A stretch of 44,450 nt of DNA. It comes from Escherichia phage vB_EcoP-101101UKE1. The position numbers and the translations under genes are program-made. The notes under the pieces were generated by a model, which saw only the letters and a list, made by a program, of their open reading frames with translations, made no database searches and was not told the DNA's origin. The stretch lies in sequence record MZ234012.1; one strand, written 5' to 3'. Positions 1-10,234 of the stretch are shown one piece after another; position 1 is the stretch's first letter, and every line of letters starts with the position of its first letter.

Positions 1-924
1 ATGACTACTGAAAACATCCTCCTGTCTGTCCGTGAAGCTGCAACCGCTGAGATTAAGCAGCATTTGGATAATATCGGCACTTCTTACATCAAAGTTGGCG
101 CTTGTCTGAATGAATTACGCGGTGATTTCGAAGGTCAAAAAGACTTTTTAGCTTATGTAGAATCAGAGTTCGGCATCAAGAAAGCACAATGCTACAAGCT
201 GATGAGTGTAGCCCGTGTCTTTGAAGGAGACGAACGCTTTAAAGGTGTGGCTATGCGTGTAATGCTGGCGCTTGTTCCTTTCGCTGATGAAAATATGATC
301 ATGGAGAAGGCCGCAGAACTCGCCGCAGAGGGCAAGCTGGACACTAACGCCGTAAACGCCCTGATTGATCCTAAGAAAGAGACAAAGGCCGAGACGGTAC
401 AACCTAAGGTTGAGTCGGTAAAACCGCAGGAGAACGCGACTGAGGCCGCAGAAACTAGGCAAGGACATGCAACCTTTGAGGATTTCATATTAGAGAAGGC
501 GAAAGAGGAGCTACAAAGTGTGCCGCCAGCAAGTGAGTCGGATGACGACAAATCAGCACCGTGGGAAGAGGAAAGCAAGCCGGAAGCGCCAAAGGCCGCG
601 CCACTGGACAACACGGCTAACACCGAGAGTGCCGCTATTGCTGGCCTTCTGGCACAAATTAAAGCACTGACTGAGCAATTACAGGCAGCCAATGACCGCA
701 TCGCCTCCTTAAGTAGCGCACGCGAAAGCAAGAAGGCAGCCGCGCCTATGCTGCCGCAATTCAAATCTTCCTGCTTCTATGCTCGCTTAGGTTTAAGCGC
801 TGAGGAGGCAACGAAGAAAACAGCAGTTAACAAGGCACGCCGCGAACTGGTTAAGCTAGGCTACGGCGAAGGCCATGAAGCATGGCCCTTAATCTCTGAG
901 GCAGTAGAAGAATTAACTAAGTAA
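1..924 (+). CDS. hypothetical early protein immediately upstream of the RNA polymerase gene (307 aa; Ala/Glu-rich low-complexity middle)
   Basis: Long ORF starting at ATG 1, preceded at the end of the window (circular junction) by aaggtga spaced as an RBS. It occupies the slot that holds host-takeover genes before gene 1 in T7-like phages. No catalytic motif recognised. Confidence 0.5.
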   Translation: MTTENILLSVREAATAEIKQHLDNIGTSYIKVGACLNELRGDFEGQKDFLAYVESEFGIKKAQCYKLMSVARVFEGDERFKGVAMRVMLALVPFADENMIMEKAAELAAEGKLDTNAVNALIDPKKETKAETVQPKVESVKPQENATEAAETRQGHATFEDFILEKAKEELQSVPPASESDDDKSAPWEEESKPEAPKAAPLDNTANTESAAIAGLLAQIKALTEQLQAANDRIASLSSARESKKAAAPMLPQFKSSCFYARLGLSAEEATKKTAVNKARRELVKLGYGEGHEAWPLISEAVEELTK

Positions 925-987
925 CCTTATCGGTGGCATCTTCTTAGGTGTCACCTATTAAGGTTTCTTTCACTAGGAGTAAACAAG

Positions 988-3615
988 ATGCAAGACCTAC
1001 ACGCTATTCAACTTCAACTTGAAGAAGAAATGTTTAACGGTGGTATCCGTCGCTTTGAAGCGGACCAACAACGCCAGATTGCATCCGGTAATGAATCAGA
1101 CACGGCATGGAATCGCCGCTTATTGTCCGAGTTAATCGCGCCAATGGCTGAAGGTATTCAGGCTTATAAGGAAGAGTACGAAGGCAAGCGCGGTCGTGCA
1201 CCACGTGCATTGGCTTTCATTAACTGCGTAGAAAATGAAGTGGCAGCGTATATCACGATGAAGATCGTAATGGATATGCTTAACACTGATGTAACCTTGC
1301 AAGCTATCGCTATGAATGTAGCTGACCGCATCGAAGACCAAGTGCGCTTCAGTAAACTAGAAGGCCATGCAGCTAAATATTTTGAGAAGGTCAAGAAGTC
1401 ACTTAAGGCAAGTAAGACTAAATCATATCGCCATGCGCACAACGTAGCGGTCGTGGCTGAGAAGTCAGTAGCTGACCGTGACGCTGATTTCTCTCGCTGG
1501 GAAGCGTGGCCTAAAGATACCTTGCTACAAATTGGGATGACCTTGCTTGAAATCTTAGAGAATAGCGTATTCTTCAACGGGCAACCTGTCTTCCTCCGCA
1601 CCTTGCGCACTAATGGCGGCAAACATGGTGTTTACTACCTACAGACTAGTGAACACGTAGGTGAGTGGATAACTGCATTTAAAGAACATGTAGCGCAACT
1701 TAGTCCAGCCTATGCACCTTGCGTTATTCCTCCGCGTCCGTGGGTATCACCCTTTAACGGTGGGTTTCATACTGAGAAAGTAGCAAGCCGTATTCGTCTG
1801 GTAAAAGGCAATCGTGAGCACGTCCGCAAGCTGACCAAAAAGCAAATGCCAGCGGTTTACAAGGCTGTTAACGCTTTGCAGGCTACTAAGTGGCAGGTTA
1901 ATAAAGAGGTTTTACAGGTTGTGGAGGACGTTATACGTCTAGACCTCGGCTATGGTGTACCTTCCTTTAAACCACTCATCGACCGTGAGAACAAGCCAGC
2001 TAATCCGGTGCCGTTAGAGTTCCAGCACCTGCGAGGCCGTGAACTGAAAGAAATGCTTACGCCGGAACAATGGCAAGCCTTTATCAACTGGAAAGGTGAA
2101 TGTACTAAGCTGTACACCGCTGAAACTAAGCGCGGAAGCAAATCGGCGGCAACCGTTCGCATGGTTGGTCAGGCCCGTAAATATAGCCAGTTCGACGCAA
2201 TCTACTTCGTGTATGCACTGGACAGCCGCAGCCGTGTATACGCGCAATCTAGCACACTCTCACCGCAATCAAATGACTTGGGCAAGGCCTTGCTCCGTTT
2301 TACCGAAGGGCAGCGTCTTGATAGCGCTGAGGCGCTTAAGTGGTTTTTGGTGAACGGGGCGAATAACTGGGGTTGGGATAAGAAAACTTTTGACGTGCGC
2401 ACCGCTAACGTGCTGGATGGCGAATTTCAAGACATGTGCCGCGACATTGCAGCGGATCCGCTGACCTTCACTCAATGGGTAAATGCCGACTCCCCTTACG
2501 GCTTCCTTGCATGGTGCTTTGAATATGCGCGTTATCTGGATGCACTGGATGGAGGCACGCAAGACCAATTCATGACGCACCTCCCAGTCCATCAAGATGG
2601 TAGTTGTTCTGGTATCCAGCACTACAGTGCTATGCTACGCGATGCAGTAGGTGCGAAAGCAGTAAACCTTAAGCCCTCTGACTCTCCTCAAGATATTTAT
2701 GGTGCCGTTGCGCAGGTAGTAATTCAGAAGAATTATGCATACATGAATGCAGAGGATGCGGAAACCTTCACTTCTGGCAGCGTGACTTTAACAGGTGCGG
2801 AGCTGCGTAGTATGGCTAGTGCGTGGGATATGATAGGAATCACTCGCGGCCTGACCAAAAAGCCCGTAATGACACTACCTTATGGCAGCACACGTCTAAC
2901 CTGCCGTGAGTCAGTGATTGATTATATCGTTGATTTAGAAGAAAAAGAGGCCCAACGGGCTATTGCGGAAGGGCGTACCGCCAATCCTGTACACCCTTTT
3001 GATAATGACCGTAAGGACAGCCTGACACCTAGCGCAGCTTATAACTATATGACAGCTTTAATCTGGCCTTCTATTTCGGAAGTGGTTAAAGCTCCTATAG
3101 TGGCAATGAAAATGATTCGTCAGCTTGCACGTTTCGCAGCTAAAAGGAATGAAGGCTTAGAGTACACCTTGCCTACTGGCTTCATCTTGCAACAAAAGAT
3201 AATGGCGACAGATATGCTCCGCGTATCTACTTGCTTGATGGGAGAAATCAAGATGAGTCTACAGATTGAAACGGACGTAGTGGATGAAACGGCTATGATG
3301 GGCGCTGCTGCCCCTAACTTTGTGCACGGTCATGATGCCAGTCACCTTATCTTAACGGTCTGCGACCTTGTTGATAAAGGGATTACATCTATCGCAGTAA
3401 TTCATGATTCTTTTGGCACTCATGCAGGTCGCACCGCAGACCTACGTGATAGTCTAAGGGCAGAAATGGTGAAGATGTATCAAGGCCGTAACGCTCTGCA
3501 AAGCCTGTTAGATGAGCATGAAGAACGCTGGTTAGTAGACACCGGAATCCAAGTGCCAGAGCAAGGAGAGTTTGACCTTAACGAAATCTTAGTATCTGAC
3601 TATTGCTTCGCATAA
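988..3615 (+). CDS. single-subunit DNA-dependent RNA polymerase (T7/SP6 type), 875 aa
   Basis: RBS aggagt 7 nt upstream. Contains the motif B-like stretch [11 protein letters not shown] and motif C IHDSFGTH. Size matches SP6-type RNAPs (~875 aa). Confidence 0.95.
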   Translation: MQDLHAIQLQLEEEMFNGGIRRFEADQQRQIASGNESDTAWNRRLLSELIAPMAEGIQAYKEEYEGKRGRAPRALAFINCVENEVAAYITMKIVMDMLNTDVTLQAIAMNVADRIEDQVRFSKLEGHAAKYFEKVKKSLKASKTKSYRHAHNVAVVAEKSVADRDADFSRWEAWPKDTLLQIGMTLLEILENSVFFNGQPVFLRTLRTNGGKHGVYYLQTSEHVGEWITAFKEHVAQLSPAYAPCVIPPRPWVSPFNGGFHTEKVASRIRLVKGNREHVRKLTKKQMPAVYKAVNALQATKWQVNKEVLQVVEDVIRLDLGYGVPSFKPLIDRENKPANPVPLEFQHLRGRELKEMLTPEQWQAFINWKGECTKLYTAETKRGSKSAATVRMVGQARKYSQFDAIYFVYALDSRSRVYAQSSTLSPQSNDLGKALLRFTEGQRLDSAEALKWFLVNGANNWGWDKKTFDVRTANVLDGEFQDMCRDIAADPLTFTQWVNADSPYGFLAWCFEYARYLDALDGGTQDQFMTHLPVHQDGSCSGIQHYSAMLRDAVGAKAVNLKPSDSPQDIYGAVAQVVIQKNYAYMNAEDAETFTSGSVTLTGAELRSMASAWDMIGITRGLTKKPVMTLPYGSTRLTCRESVIDYIVDLEEKEAQRAIAEGRTANPVHPFDNDRKDSLTPSAAYNYMTALIWPSISEVVKAPIVAMKMIRQLARFAAKRNEGLEYTLPTGFILQQKIMATDMLRVSTCLMGEIKMSLQIETDVVDETAMMGAAAPNFVHGHDASHLILTVCDLVDKGITSIAVIHDSFGTHAGRTADLRDSLRAEMVKMYQGRNALQSLLDEHEERWLVDTGIQVPEQGEFDLNEILVSDYCFA

Positions 3616-3622
3616 TATTAAT

Positions 3623-3655
3623 AGGCCATTCCTTCGGGAGTGGCCTTTTCTTTTA
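3623..3655 (+). terminator. rho-independent terminator after the RNAP gene
   Basis: Hairpin aggccattcc-TTCG-ggagtggcct (10-bp stem with one G-U pair, UUCG tetraloop) followed by tttcttttt. Confidence 0.75.
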
Positions 3656-3688
3656 CCTACTACCGGTAACATTTCATTAACATAAAGT

Positions 3689-3704
3689 GTCTCACATGTG
3701 AGAC
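3689..3704. promoter_or_regulatory. conserved 16-bp palindrome GTCTCACATGTGAGAC (copy 1 of 6)
   Basis: Perfect inverted repeat immediately upstream of the phage promoter at 3707. Confidence 0.6.
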
Positions 3705-3706
3705 TT

Positions 3707-3729
3707 ATTTACCGGACACTATAGGATAG
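3707..3729 (+). promoter_or_regulatory. phage RNAP promoter (ATTTACCGGACACTATAGGATAG)
   Basis: Matches the recurrent element ATTTACYGGACACTATAGAAG found about 12 times in the window, which is close to the SP6 promoter ATTTAGGTGACACTATAGAAGAG. Confidence 0.75.
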
Positions 3730-3870
3730 CCGTCGGAGACGGGAAAGAAAGGGAAGATAAAGGATATAAAAGGAAGTAATAGGTATTAAAGGTTATATAG
3801 GTTATCTAGGAATACCTATTACCTTCTCCCTTCCTCTTATTACTACTTAGAGGAAGGGCAGATCTAGGTT

Positions 3871-3886
3871 GTCTCACATGTGAGAC
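3871..3886. promoter_or_regulatory. conserved 16-bp palindrome GTCTCACATGTGAGAC (copy 2 of 6)
   Basis: Perfect inverted repeat immediately upstream of the promoter at 3892. Confidence 0.6.
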
Positions 3887-3891
3887 TTCGT

Positions 3892-3914
3892 ATTTACCGG
3901 ACAGTATAGATAAG
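3892..3914 (+). promoter_or_regulatory. phage RNAP promoter variant (ATTTACCGGACAGTATAGATAAG)
   Basis: Consensus-like element with a C-to-G change in the CACTATA core (CAGTATA), upstream of the gp1.1-like gene. T7 likewise has promoters directly before gene 1.1. Confidence 0.55.
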
Positions 3915-3939
3915 ACTAACTTACTTTGGAGATTTAACC

Positions 3940-4068
3940 ATGCGTAACTTTGAGAAGATGACCCGTAAAGCTAACCGTTTTGACATGGAAGAAGGGCAGA
4001 AGAAAGGCAAGAAGCTGAATAAACCTGTCCGTGACCGTGCATCTAAACGCGCTGCGTGGGAGTTCTAA
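3940..4068 (+). CDS. T7 gp1.1-like small basic protein (42 aa, MRNFEKMTRKANRFDMEEGQKKGKKLNKPVRDRASKRAAWEF)
   Basis: Short ORF below the six-frame track cutoff. N-terminus MRNFEKMT and overall length and basic character match my recollection of T7 gene 1.1, and it sits directly after the RNAP gene as in T7. Confidence 0.6.
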   Translation: MRNFEKMTRKANRFDMEEGQKKGKKLNKPVRDRASKRAAWEF

Positions 4069-4071
4069 GTT

Positions 4072-6060
4072 ATGGCTATTATTCAGAATGTACCGTGTCC
4101 TGCCTGTCAAAAGAATGGACATGATATTACTGGCAACCATCTTATGATATTTGACGACGGAGCAGGATACTGTAACCGTGGTCACTTCCATGATAACGGT
4201 AAACCTTATTACCACAAGCCAGAGGGTGGCATCGAGATAACCGAATTGCCTATTACTGGCAATATCAAATATACACCTTCTCAATTCAAAGAAATGGAGA
4301 AGGAAGGGAAGATAAGCGACCCTAAGCTACGCGCCATCGCTCTTGGTGGTATGCGTATGAAAGACCGTTGGGAGGTCATGAATGAGCAAGAAAGGGCAGA
4401 CCAAGAAGCAGAGTGGAAACTTGATGTTGAATGGTTCCTCACGCTTAAGCGTAAGAACCTTGTTTCCCGACACATTCGCGGCGACATTTGCGCATTGTAT
4501 GATGTACGTGTTGGGCACGATGAAGAGGGTAGAGTCTCACGGCATTACTATCCGCGCTTCGAAAAAGGTGAGCTAGTAGGCGCTAAATGTCGCACATTAC
4601 CTAAAGATTTTAAGTTTGGTCATTTAGGTAAACTCTTTGGTATGCAAGATCTTTTCGGTATGAATACTTTGTCTCACGTGTTAGACAAGGGAAGACGAAA
4701 GGATTGCTTGCTTATTGTGGGTGGGGAACTGGATGCACTAGCAGCGCAGCAGATGCTCCTTGATTCTGCCAAGGGCACTAAGTGGGAAGGCCAGCCATAC
4801 CATGTATGGTCTGTCAACAAAGGCGAGTCTTGCCTTGAAGAGATAGTGCAGAACCGTGAGCATATCGCCCAATTCAAGAAGATTATATGGGGTTTTGATG
4901 GAGATGAGGTAGGGCAGAAGCAGAATCAGCAAGCGGCTCGCCTGTTTCCTGGCAAATCCTATATCCTTGAATACCCCTCTGGTTGCAAAGATGCTAACAA
5001 GGCATTGATGGCTGGCAAGGCTAAAGAATTTGTAGATGCATGGTTTAATGCCAAGTCATCTGATGAAGTCTTTGGTAGCCAGATTAAATCTATCGCATCT
5101 CAAAGGGATAAGCTCAAGGCTGCACGTCCAGAGCAAGGACTATCATGGCCTTGGCCTAAGCTGAACAAGGTAACGCTAGGTATTCGTAAGAATCAGCTTA
5201 TCATTGTAGGTGCAGGGTCTGGTGTAGGTAAGACTGAGTTCCTTCGTGAAGTAGTTAAGCACCTCATTGAAGAACACGGTGAATCTGTAGGCATCATTTC
5301 TACAGAAGACCCGATGGTCAAGGTGTCCCGTGCTTTTATCGGCAAGTGGATTGATAAGCGTATTGAGTTGCCGCCAACCAACGACCCGAAAGAAGATGGA
5401 TACCGTGAGGTGTTCGACTACACCGAGGAAGAAGCTAACGCCGCCATTGATTATGTAGCTGATACAGGTAAGCTGTTTGTAGCTGACCTAGAGGGTGACT
5501 ATTCGATGGAAAAGGTAGAGCAAACTTGCCTAGAGTTTGAGGCTATGGGTATTTCTAATATCATCATTGATAACTTAACGGGGATTAAATTAGATGAGCG
5601 TGCTTTTGGTGGGAAGGTTGGTGCACTTGATGAATGCGTCAAGCGGATTGGTACTATCAAAGACCGACACCCGGTTACTATATTCCTTGTATCACACCTT
5701 ACACGTCCTCCGGCAAACCGTACCCAACACGAAGAAGGTGGCGAAGTTATCCTTTCTGACTTCCGAGGCTCAGGCGCTATCGGATTCTGGGCATCTTACG
5801 CCTTGGGGATTGAGCGTAATACAAGAGCTGAAACGCTTGACGAAAGGACTACCACGTACATCTCATGTGTCAAAGACCGCGACCAAGGTATCTGGACTGG
5901 AACCAAGGTCATGCTTAAGGGTGACATTCAAACCGGACGTTTAATGGAACCACAAGCCCGTACTAAGTCATTTGACACCGGCGAAGCAAGGCAACAAGAA
6001 GTACCGGATTTACCGGACACTATAGAAGAGACTAACTTCGATGAAGAAAGTGAGTTCTGA
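4072..6060 (+). CDS. DNA primase/helicase (T7 gp4-like), 662 aa
   Basis: N-terminal zinc ribbon CPACQKNGHD...CNRGH, helicase Walker A GAGSGVGKT, and an acidic C-terminal tail ending DEESEF. Confidence 0.92.
   Translation: MAIIQNVPCPACQKNGHDITGNHLMIFDDGAGYCNRGHFHDNGKPYYHKPEGGIEITELPITGNIKYTPSQFKEMEKEGKISDPKLRAIALGGMRMKDRWEVMNEQERADQEAEWKLDVEWFLTLKRKNLVSRHIRGDICALYDVRVGHDEEGRVSRHYYPRFEKGELVGAKCRTLPKDFKFGHLGKLFGMQDLFGMNTLSHVLDKGRRKDCLLIVGGELDALAAQQMLLDSAKGTKWEGQPYHVWSVNKGESCLEEIVQNREHIAQFKKIIWGFDGDEVGQKQNQQAARLFPGKSYILEYPSGCKDANKALMAGKAKEFVDAWFNAKSSDEVFGSQIKSIASQRDKLKAARPEQGLSWPWPKLNKVTLGIRKNQLIIVGAGSGVGKTEFLREVVKHLIEEHGESVGIISTEDPMVKVSRAFIGKWIDKRIELPPTNDPKEDGYREVFDYTEEEANAAIDYVADTGKLFVADLEGDYSMEKVEQTCLEFEAMGISNIIIDNLTGIKLDERAFGGKVGALDECVKRIGTIKDRHPVTIFLVSHLTRPPANRTQHEEGGEVILSDFRGSGAIGFWASYALGIERNTRAETLDERTTTYISCVKDRDQGIWTGTKVMLKGDIQTGRLMEPQARTKSFDTGEARQQEVPDLPDTIEETNFDEESEF
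6008..6030 (+). promoter_or_regulatory. phage RNAP promoter (ATTTACCGGACACTATAGAAGAG)
   Basis: Exact consensus, embedded in the 3' end of the primase/helicase coding sequence. Confidence 0.75.
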
Positions 6061-6081
6061 TTAGTGTACTTATCAGGGCTT

Positions 6082-6097
6082 GTCTCACACGTGAGAC
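6082..6097. promoter_or_regulatory. conserved palindrome GTCTCACACGTGAGAC with extended arms (copy 3 of 6)
   Basis: Lies inside a longer imperfect hairpin gggcttGTCTCACACGTGAGACaggctc followed by ttatt, just after the primase/helicase stop. Confidence 0.6.
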
Positions 6098-6136
6098 AGG
6101 CTCTTATTAAGTACATTAAATAACTGGAGATTGATT

Positions 6137-6820
6137 ATGTATAAATTAGTATTGAATGTAGGTGATTATGTTCGTAACATCAATGTAACCTCACGTAGAT
6201 ATCGTTGCCGTGGTACTGTGACTAATGTAAGTGAAAACAGCTACTATGTAGAGTACAGTAATGGTATTAGACAGGCTTATCAAAAGGAATCAGCACATAA
6301 CTACCTTGAGAAGATTGGAGAGGTAAGCAATCAATGTAAGTGCGTACACGATGAGGTTTGCGATAAGTGTGCCCGCCAGCTGCATAAAATGCTATTATAC
6401 CCTCTTCGCTATGGTGCTGGTGTTCAAACATTAGCAGAGGCATATGGCAAAAGTAAGATCACACTCAAGAAAGAGCGCCGCAATGTAATCACTGGTAAGA
6501 CTCAAAGTGAAATGATTAAACTATGTGGCACTGCATTAGGTGTTACGCAGTTTAATACTCGTTCATTGGGTAAATCCACAGGGCAAGCTATGGTAAAGAT
6601 TGGCGAAGCCATGATGCATCCAAATGTACCTGTACGAATCATGGATGTTGACCATGCAATCACAGAACACGGTACGCAACGACGTGTAATTAATAAGCAT
6701 TTTGCCGACACTATAGAAGGTATTATTCGTAAGCAAGAGTTGAAGGGTCTTCACATCTTAAATGGTGAAGAATTACTGTACCTACCTATCGTTACTGAAG
6801 AAACATACGTGAATATCTAA
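6137..6820 (+). CDS. hypothetical protein (227 aa)
   Basis: ORF with RBS ggaga 6 nt upstream of ATG 6137 (the track's 6131 start is a TTG). No motif recognised. Confidence 0.5.
   Translation: MYKLVLNVGDYVRNINVTSRRYRCRGTVTNVSENSYYVEYSNGIRQAYQKESAHNYLEKIGEVSNQCKCVHDEVCDKCARQLHKMLLYPLRYGAGVQTLAEAYGKSKITLKKERRNVITGKTQSEMIKLCGTALGVTQFNTRSLGKSTGQAMVKIGEAMMHPNVPVRIMDVDHAITEHGTQRRVINKHFADTIEGIIRKQELKGLHILNGEELLYLPIVTEETYVNI
6699..6720 (+). promoter_or_regulatory. possible weak phage promoter (ATTTTGCCGACACTATAGAAGG)
   Basis: Core GACACTATAGAAGG is perfect but the upstream specificity region has 3 mismatches. It lies inside the 6137..6820 ORF. Confidence 0.35.
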
Positions 6821-6830
6821 GGAGTTAATC

Positions 6831-7049
6831 ATGACTAAGGTATTAATTTATATGCGTGGACCTCATAAATGCTATGCAGTTGTAGCACCAAATGGTGTTA
6901 AGCCCTATAGTACTTCAAAAGGATTGGCATTAATAGGTGCTAGTAGTAGTGCAAGTTTCCAAATGGAACTTTTTGGTCATTGGACTGAATGGCAATTCCG
7001 TGAGGATTTTAAAGTCATTGGCAGCTTCATGGTGAAACATGCAGAATAA
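6831..7049 (+). CDS. hypothetical protein (72 aa)
   Basis: Strong RBS taaggag upstream of ATG 6831. Confidence 0.45.
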   Translation: MTKVLIYMRGPHKCYAVVAPNGVKPYSTSKGLALIGASSSASFQMELFGHWTEWQFREDFKVIGSFMVKHAE

Positions 7050-7225
7050 ACATAGTCTTAAAATGTTCGATGGTCATGAAGACCTGCAAGCCAAGATTAC
7101 TAACCAAGCCTTCCTGTTCGCACAGTTAACTATGGCTGAAGCAAAGAAGAATAGCCTGACGCGTGAACAGGTTATCAAGGAAAGTGAAGTGAAACGTAAG
7201 ATTCGCAGTCGATAAGTCAAGGGTT

Positions 7226-7241
7226 GTCTCACACGTGAGAC
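7226..7241. promoter_or_regulatory. conserved palindrome GTCTCACACGTGAGAC with extended arms (copy 4 of 6)
   Basis: aagggttGTCTCACACGTGAGACagccttt forms a roughly 12-bp imperfect stem followed by a T-rich stretch. Confidence 0.6.
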
Positions 7242-7272
7242 AGCCTTTCATCATATTGATTGGAGGTGCATT

Positions 7273-7380
7273 ATGCCACGTGATTATGATTCTGATTGGG
7301 ATTTCCAAGATTCAATGAATCCAAAACCAGAACGTTCAGATGATTACTACGAAACAGAGGCAATGTATGAAGACTATTAA
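7273..7380 (+). CDS. small acidic protein (35 aa, MPRDYDSDWDFQDSMNPKPERSDDYYETEAMYEDY)
   Basis: Strong RBS ggaggtg before ATG 7273. Below the ORF-track size cutoff. Confidence 0.35.
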   Translation: MPRDYDSDWDFQDSMNPKPERSDDYYETEAMYEDY

Positions 7381-7585
7381 ATTAAGCAAGGTTTGCTCTT
7401 GCGGTAAAGGTTATCGCAGTCGTATTGATGGTAAGTGTGGGCATTGCAGGTCTAAGAAAGAGGCTGCTTTGTTTGATAAGTACCACAATGAATTAGCATA
7501 TAACTATCCTCATCTAACACCTAATTCTTTATTAGGACTTGGTTATAGGGTTAAATACTTTGGAGCAATCTATGAAATCAATTGA
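7367..7585 (+). CDS. small zinc-ribbon protein (CxxC...CxxC)
   Basis: Internal start MKTIKLSKVCSCGKGYRSRIDGKCGHCRSKK with RBS agagg. Its 3' end overlaps the DNA polymerase start. Confidence 0.4.
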   Translation: MKTIKLSKVCSCGKGYRSRIDGKCGHCRSKKEAALFDKYHNELAYNYPHLTPNSLLGLGYRVKYFGAIYEIN

Positions 7586-10118
7586 TTGGAAGAAGGAGGC
7601 AGAAGGTCGTATCCTCGTGATGGATGCGGAAGCTAAAGGACTCCTTGACGCTATCCGATATGGACACCGTGAAGATGTGCATATCATTTGCTGCATGGAT
7701 TTGCTTACTACCGAGGAGTTTCTCTTCTTTGACCCGTATGAGATGCGTGACCCTGAAGCAAGAGAACGCCTGAAGGAATGGGAAGGTCATCAAGACGGAA
7801 CCTTGGTTGATGGTGTTAACTTCCTGAAGCATTGTGAAGCTATTGTGTCACAGAACTTACTAGGGTATGACGGACTTCTCTTTGAGAAAGCATTCCCTGA
7901 TATTTGGAAGGGCTTTAACTATACCGAGAAGCGCGGTAAGGGCAGACTCCGTGCTGACCTGTGTCCGGTGCGAGTCATGGATACGCTGGTGATGAGTCGC
8001 CTGTTAAACCCCGATAGACGCCTTCCTCCGCAAGCATATGCCAAAGGTATGGGTAACGTCGCCCCTCACTCAATTGAGGCGCACGGCATCCGTATAGGCC
8101 GCTATAAACCGGAGAACGAGGACTGGTCTAAACTAACTGACCACATGGTTCACCGTGTACGTGAGGACGTGGCGATTGGTCGTGACTTGTTCCTCTGGCT
8201 CTTTAACGGGGAATGGATGGAGCACAAACGCCGTGGCGTGAATAAACGCACTGGCCTAGGTATTGAGACAGCCTTCCACATGGAGTCCATTGTGGCGCTG
8301 GAGATGAGCCGTCAGGCAGAGCGTGGATTCCGTCTGGATATTGACAAAGCACTAGCGCGATGCGAAGAACTGGACGCTAAGATTGACGAGACAGTCGCAG
8401 CGTTCCGCCCTCACATGCCTATGCGTATCAAGTCTAAGCCTTTTAAACCGGAAGAAAAGAATGAAGTATGCCAACGCGCAAATGAGTATGGAGCTAGCAA
8501 CAATATACCTACTGTCCTTGACCCCTCACACTTTCTTCATGCCGAGAGACGAGGAGATCGCAAGACAGTATGGAGTGTCACTACTAAGTCTGGTGATTGG
8601 TCGGCTAGTGTCAAGAAAGACTTTCCTCACCTTAGAGGAAACCGTAATGACACGCCAAGCATCAAGTGGATTGGCGCTTACTCGCCTGTTACTTTCGAAG
8701 AGATTCCCTTGGGTAACAGGGATACAGTTAAGCAAGTGCTCTATGATTATGGATGGAAAGGTGTTGAATTTAACGATACCGAGCAAGCGCATCTCGATGA
8801 GCACGGAGTGTTACCCAAACCTTGGAGTGGTAAGATAAATGAAAAGTCCCTTACTTTATGGCAAGAGAGAGCCGCACGTGAAGGTAAAACAGTCCCTGAT
8901 TGGTGCTTGGGTATCGCTGCATGGTACATACTCGTATCCCGTCGTGGTCAGATACTCAACCGTGGTGACGTTGAAGCCTTCAACGAGAAGGGAACGTGGC
9001 CCTCGCAGGCTGGTGTACGAAAGTGTCGCGGCCTTGTACCTGTAGCATTCAACAAGGAGCTAGGAATCAATGCGCAGCAATACTACGAGAGGTACGGATG
9101 TTGGCCTACGTCTGACAAAGATGATGGAGAGTGGCGTGTTCCAGCTGTTGCTATTAGCATTGGCACTTCTACGTTCCGTATGCGTCATCGTAACGTGGTC
9201 AATATTCCTGCCCGTGGCTTGTATCCTTTACGTGATTTATTCATAGCAGGGAAAGGCAAGCTAATCCTTGGTTGTGACGGTGCAGGTCTTGAACTGCGTG
9301 TCCTGTCTCACTTCATGAATGACCCTGAGTACCAAGAGATTGTACTGCACGGTGATATTCATACGCATAACCAGATGAAGGCTGGTCTTCCTAAGCGTGA
9401 TATGGCGAAGACGTTTATATACGCCTTCCTCTATGGCTCTGGTATAGCCAACCTTGCAGCAGTATGTGGTGTTACTGAGGAAGAAATGAAGGAAGTTGTG
9501 GCAAGATTCGAGATTGAACTGCCGTCTCTTGCACGTCTTCGTGAGAATGTTATCGCACAAGGTAACAAGTTTGGCTACCTGCAAGCACCTGATGGGCATT
9601 GGGGTCGCATCCGCATGTCTGGTGGTGAACTTAAAGAGCACACGATGCTTAACGTATTACTCCAGATGACTGGCTCTTTGTGTATGAAATATGCATTAGT
9701 CAAGGCATTTGCAGTAATGCGCAAGGAAGGTGTAGCCTTGGATGCTATGGGAAATCCTTGTGGTGTGGCTAACGTGCATGATGAAATCCAGATGGAAGTT
9801 CCTGAAGAGGAGGTCTTGTATCTTAACTACGACCTACCTTTCACCTTAGATGGGTTCGAAACAGAGAAGGCTGCCGTGAAGGCAGTGTTCGATGCAGAGG
9901 AGAAACGTGTTCATGTGGATTCTGAAGGACGTATGTGGTCTGCTGCAAACCTCGTTAGTGTTGATGCTGATGCTGGTGTATTGCATTGCCAGCGCCGTTA
10001 TCACCGTGCAGGTCATATCATTGCCGACGCCATGACTTGGGCAGGGCAGTATCTGAAGATGCGTTGCCCGATGGCAGGCGAATATAAGATTGGCGCAAGT
10101 TGGAAGGAAACACACTGA
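7572..10118 (+). CDS. family A DNA polymerase with 3'-5' exonuclease domain (T7 gp5-like)
   Basis: Exo I motif ILVMDAEAKG, pol motif A DGAGLELRVLSHF, motif B KTFIYAFLYG and motif C VHDEIQ. Start chosen at ATG 7572 (RBS tggag); the track ORF opens at 7539. Confidence 0.92.
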   Translation: MKSIDWKKEAEGRILVMDAEAKGLLDAIRYGHREDVHIICCMDLLTTEEFLFFDPYEMRDPEARERLKEWEGHQDGTLVDGVNFLKHCEAIVSQNLLGYDGLLFEKAFPDIWKGFNYTEKRGKGRLRADLCPVRVMDTLVMSRLLNPDRRLPPQAYAKGMGNVAPHSIEAHGIRIGRYKPENEDWSKLTDHMVHRVREDVAIGRDLFLWLFNGEWMEHKRRGVNKRTGLGIETAFHMESIVALEMSRQAERGFRLDIDKALARCEELDAKIDETVAAFRPHMPMRIKSKPFKPEEKNEVCQRANEYGASNNIPTVLDPSHFLHAERRGDRKTVWSVTTKSGDWSASVKKDFPHLRGNRNDTPSIKWIGAYSPVTFEEIPLGNRDTVKQVLYDYGWKGVEFNDTEQAHLDEHGVLPKPWSGKINEKSLTLWQERAAREGKTVPDWCLGIAAWYILVSRRGQILNRGDVEAFNEKGTWPSQAGVRKCRGLVPVAFNKELGINAQQYYERYGCWPTSDKDDGEWRVPAVAISIGTSTFRMRHRNVVNIPARGLYPLRDLFIAGKGKLILGCDGAGLELRVLSHFMNDPEYQEIVLHGDIHTHNQMKAGLPKRDMAKTFIYAFLYGSGIANLAAVCGVTEEEMKEVVARFEIELPSLARLRENVIAQGNKFGYLQAPDGHWGRIRMSGGELKEHTMLNVLLQMTGSLCMKYALVKAFAVMRKEGVALDAMGNPCGVANVHDEIQMEVPEEEVLYLNYDLPFTLDGFETEKAAVKAVFDAEEKRVHVDSEGRMWSAANLVSVDADAGVLHCQRRYHRAGHIIADAMTWAGQYLKMRCPMAGEYKIGASWKETH

Positions 10119-10234
10119 TGGATAGGCTTGACATTGTTTACCTATTCTTCACTTTCTTTCTTACACTCCTTATGCTTGCTTGTTATGGGAGTATGAGACT
10201 AGATATATCTGATGAAGAAGAGGGTTACGACTAA
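10118..10234 (+). CDS. small hydrophobic peptide (38 aa, MDRLDIVYLFFTFFLTLLMLACYGSMRLDISDEEEGYD)
   Basis: ATG overlaps the polymerase stop (TGATG). One predicted transmembrane helix plus an acidic C-terminus. Confidence 0.3.
   Translation: MDRLDIVYLFFTFFLTLLMLACYGSMRLDISDEEEGYD

Noticed and set aside
192-764. 190-aa Ala/Ser-rich minus-strand ORF
   Set aside because: Antisense to the low-complexity region of the first + strand gene. It is a mirror of that gene's GC-rich repeats, not an independent gene.
2096-2353. Small + and - strand ORFs nested within the RNAP and other large genes
   Set aside because: They are alternative-frame ORFs inside well-supported long coding sequences, with no independent translation signals.
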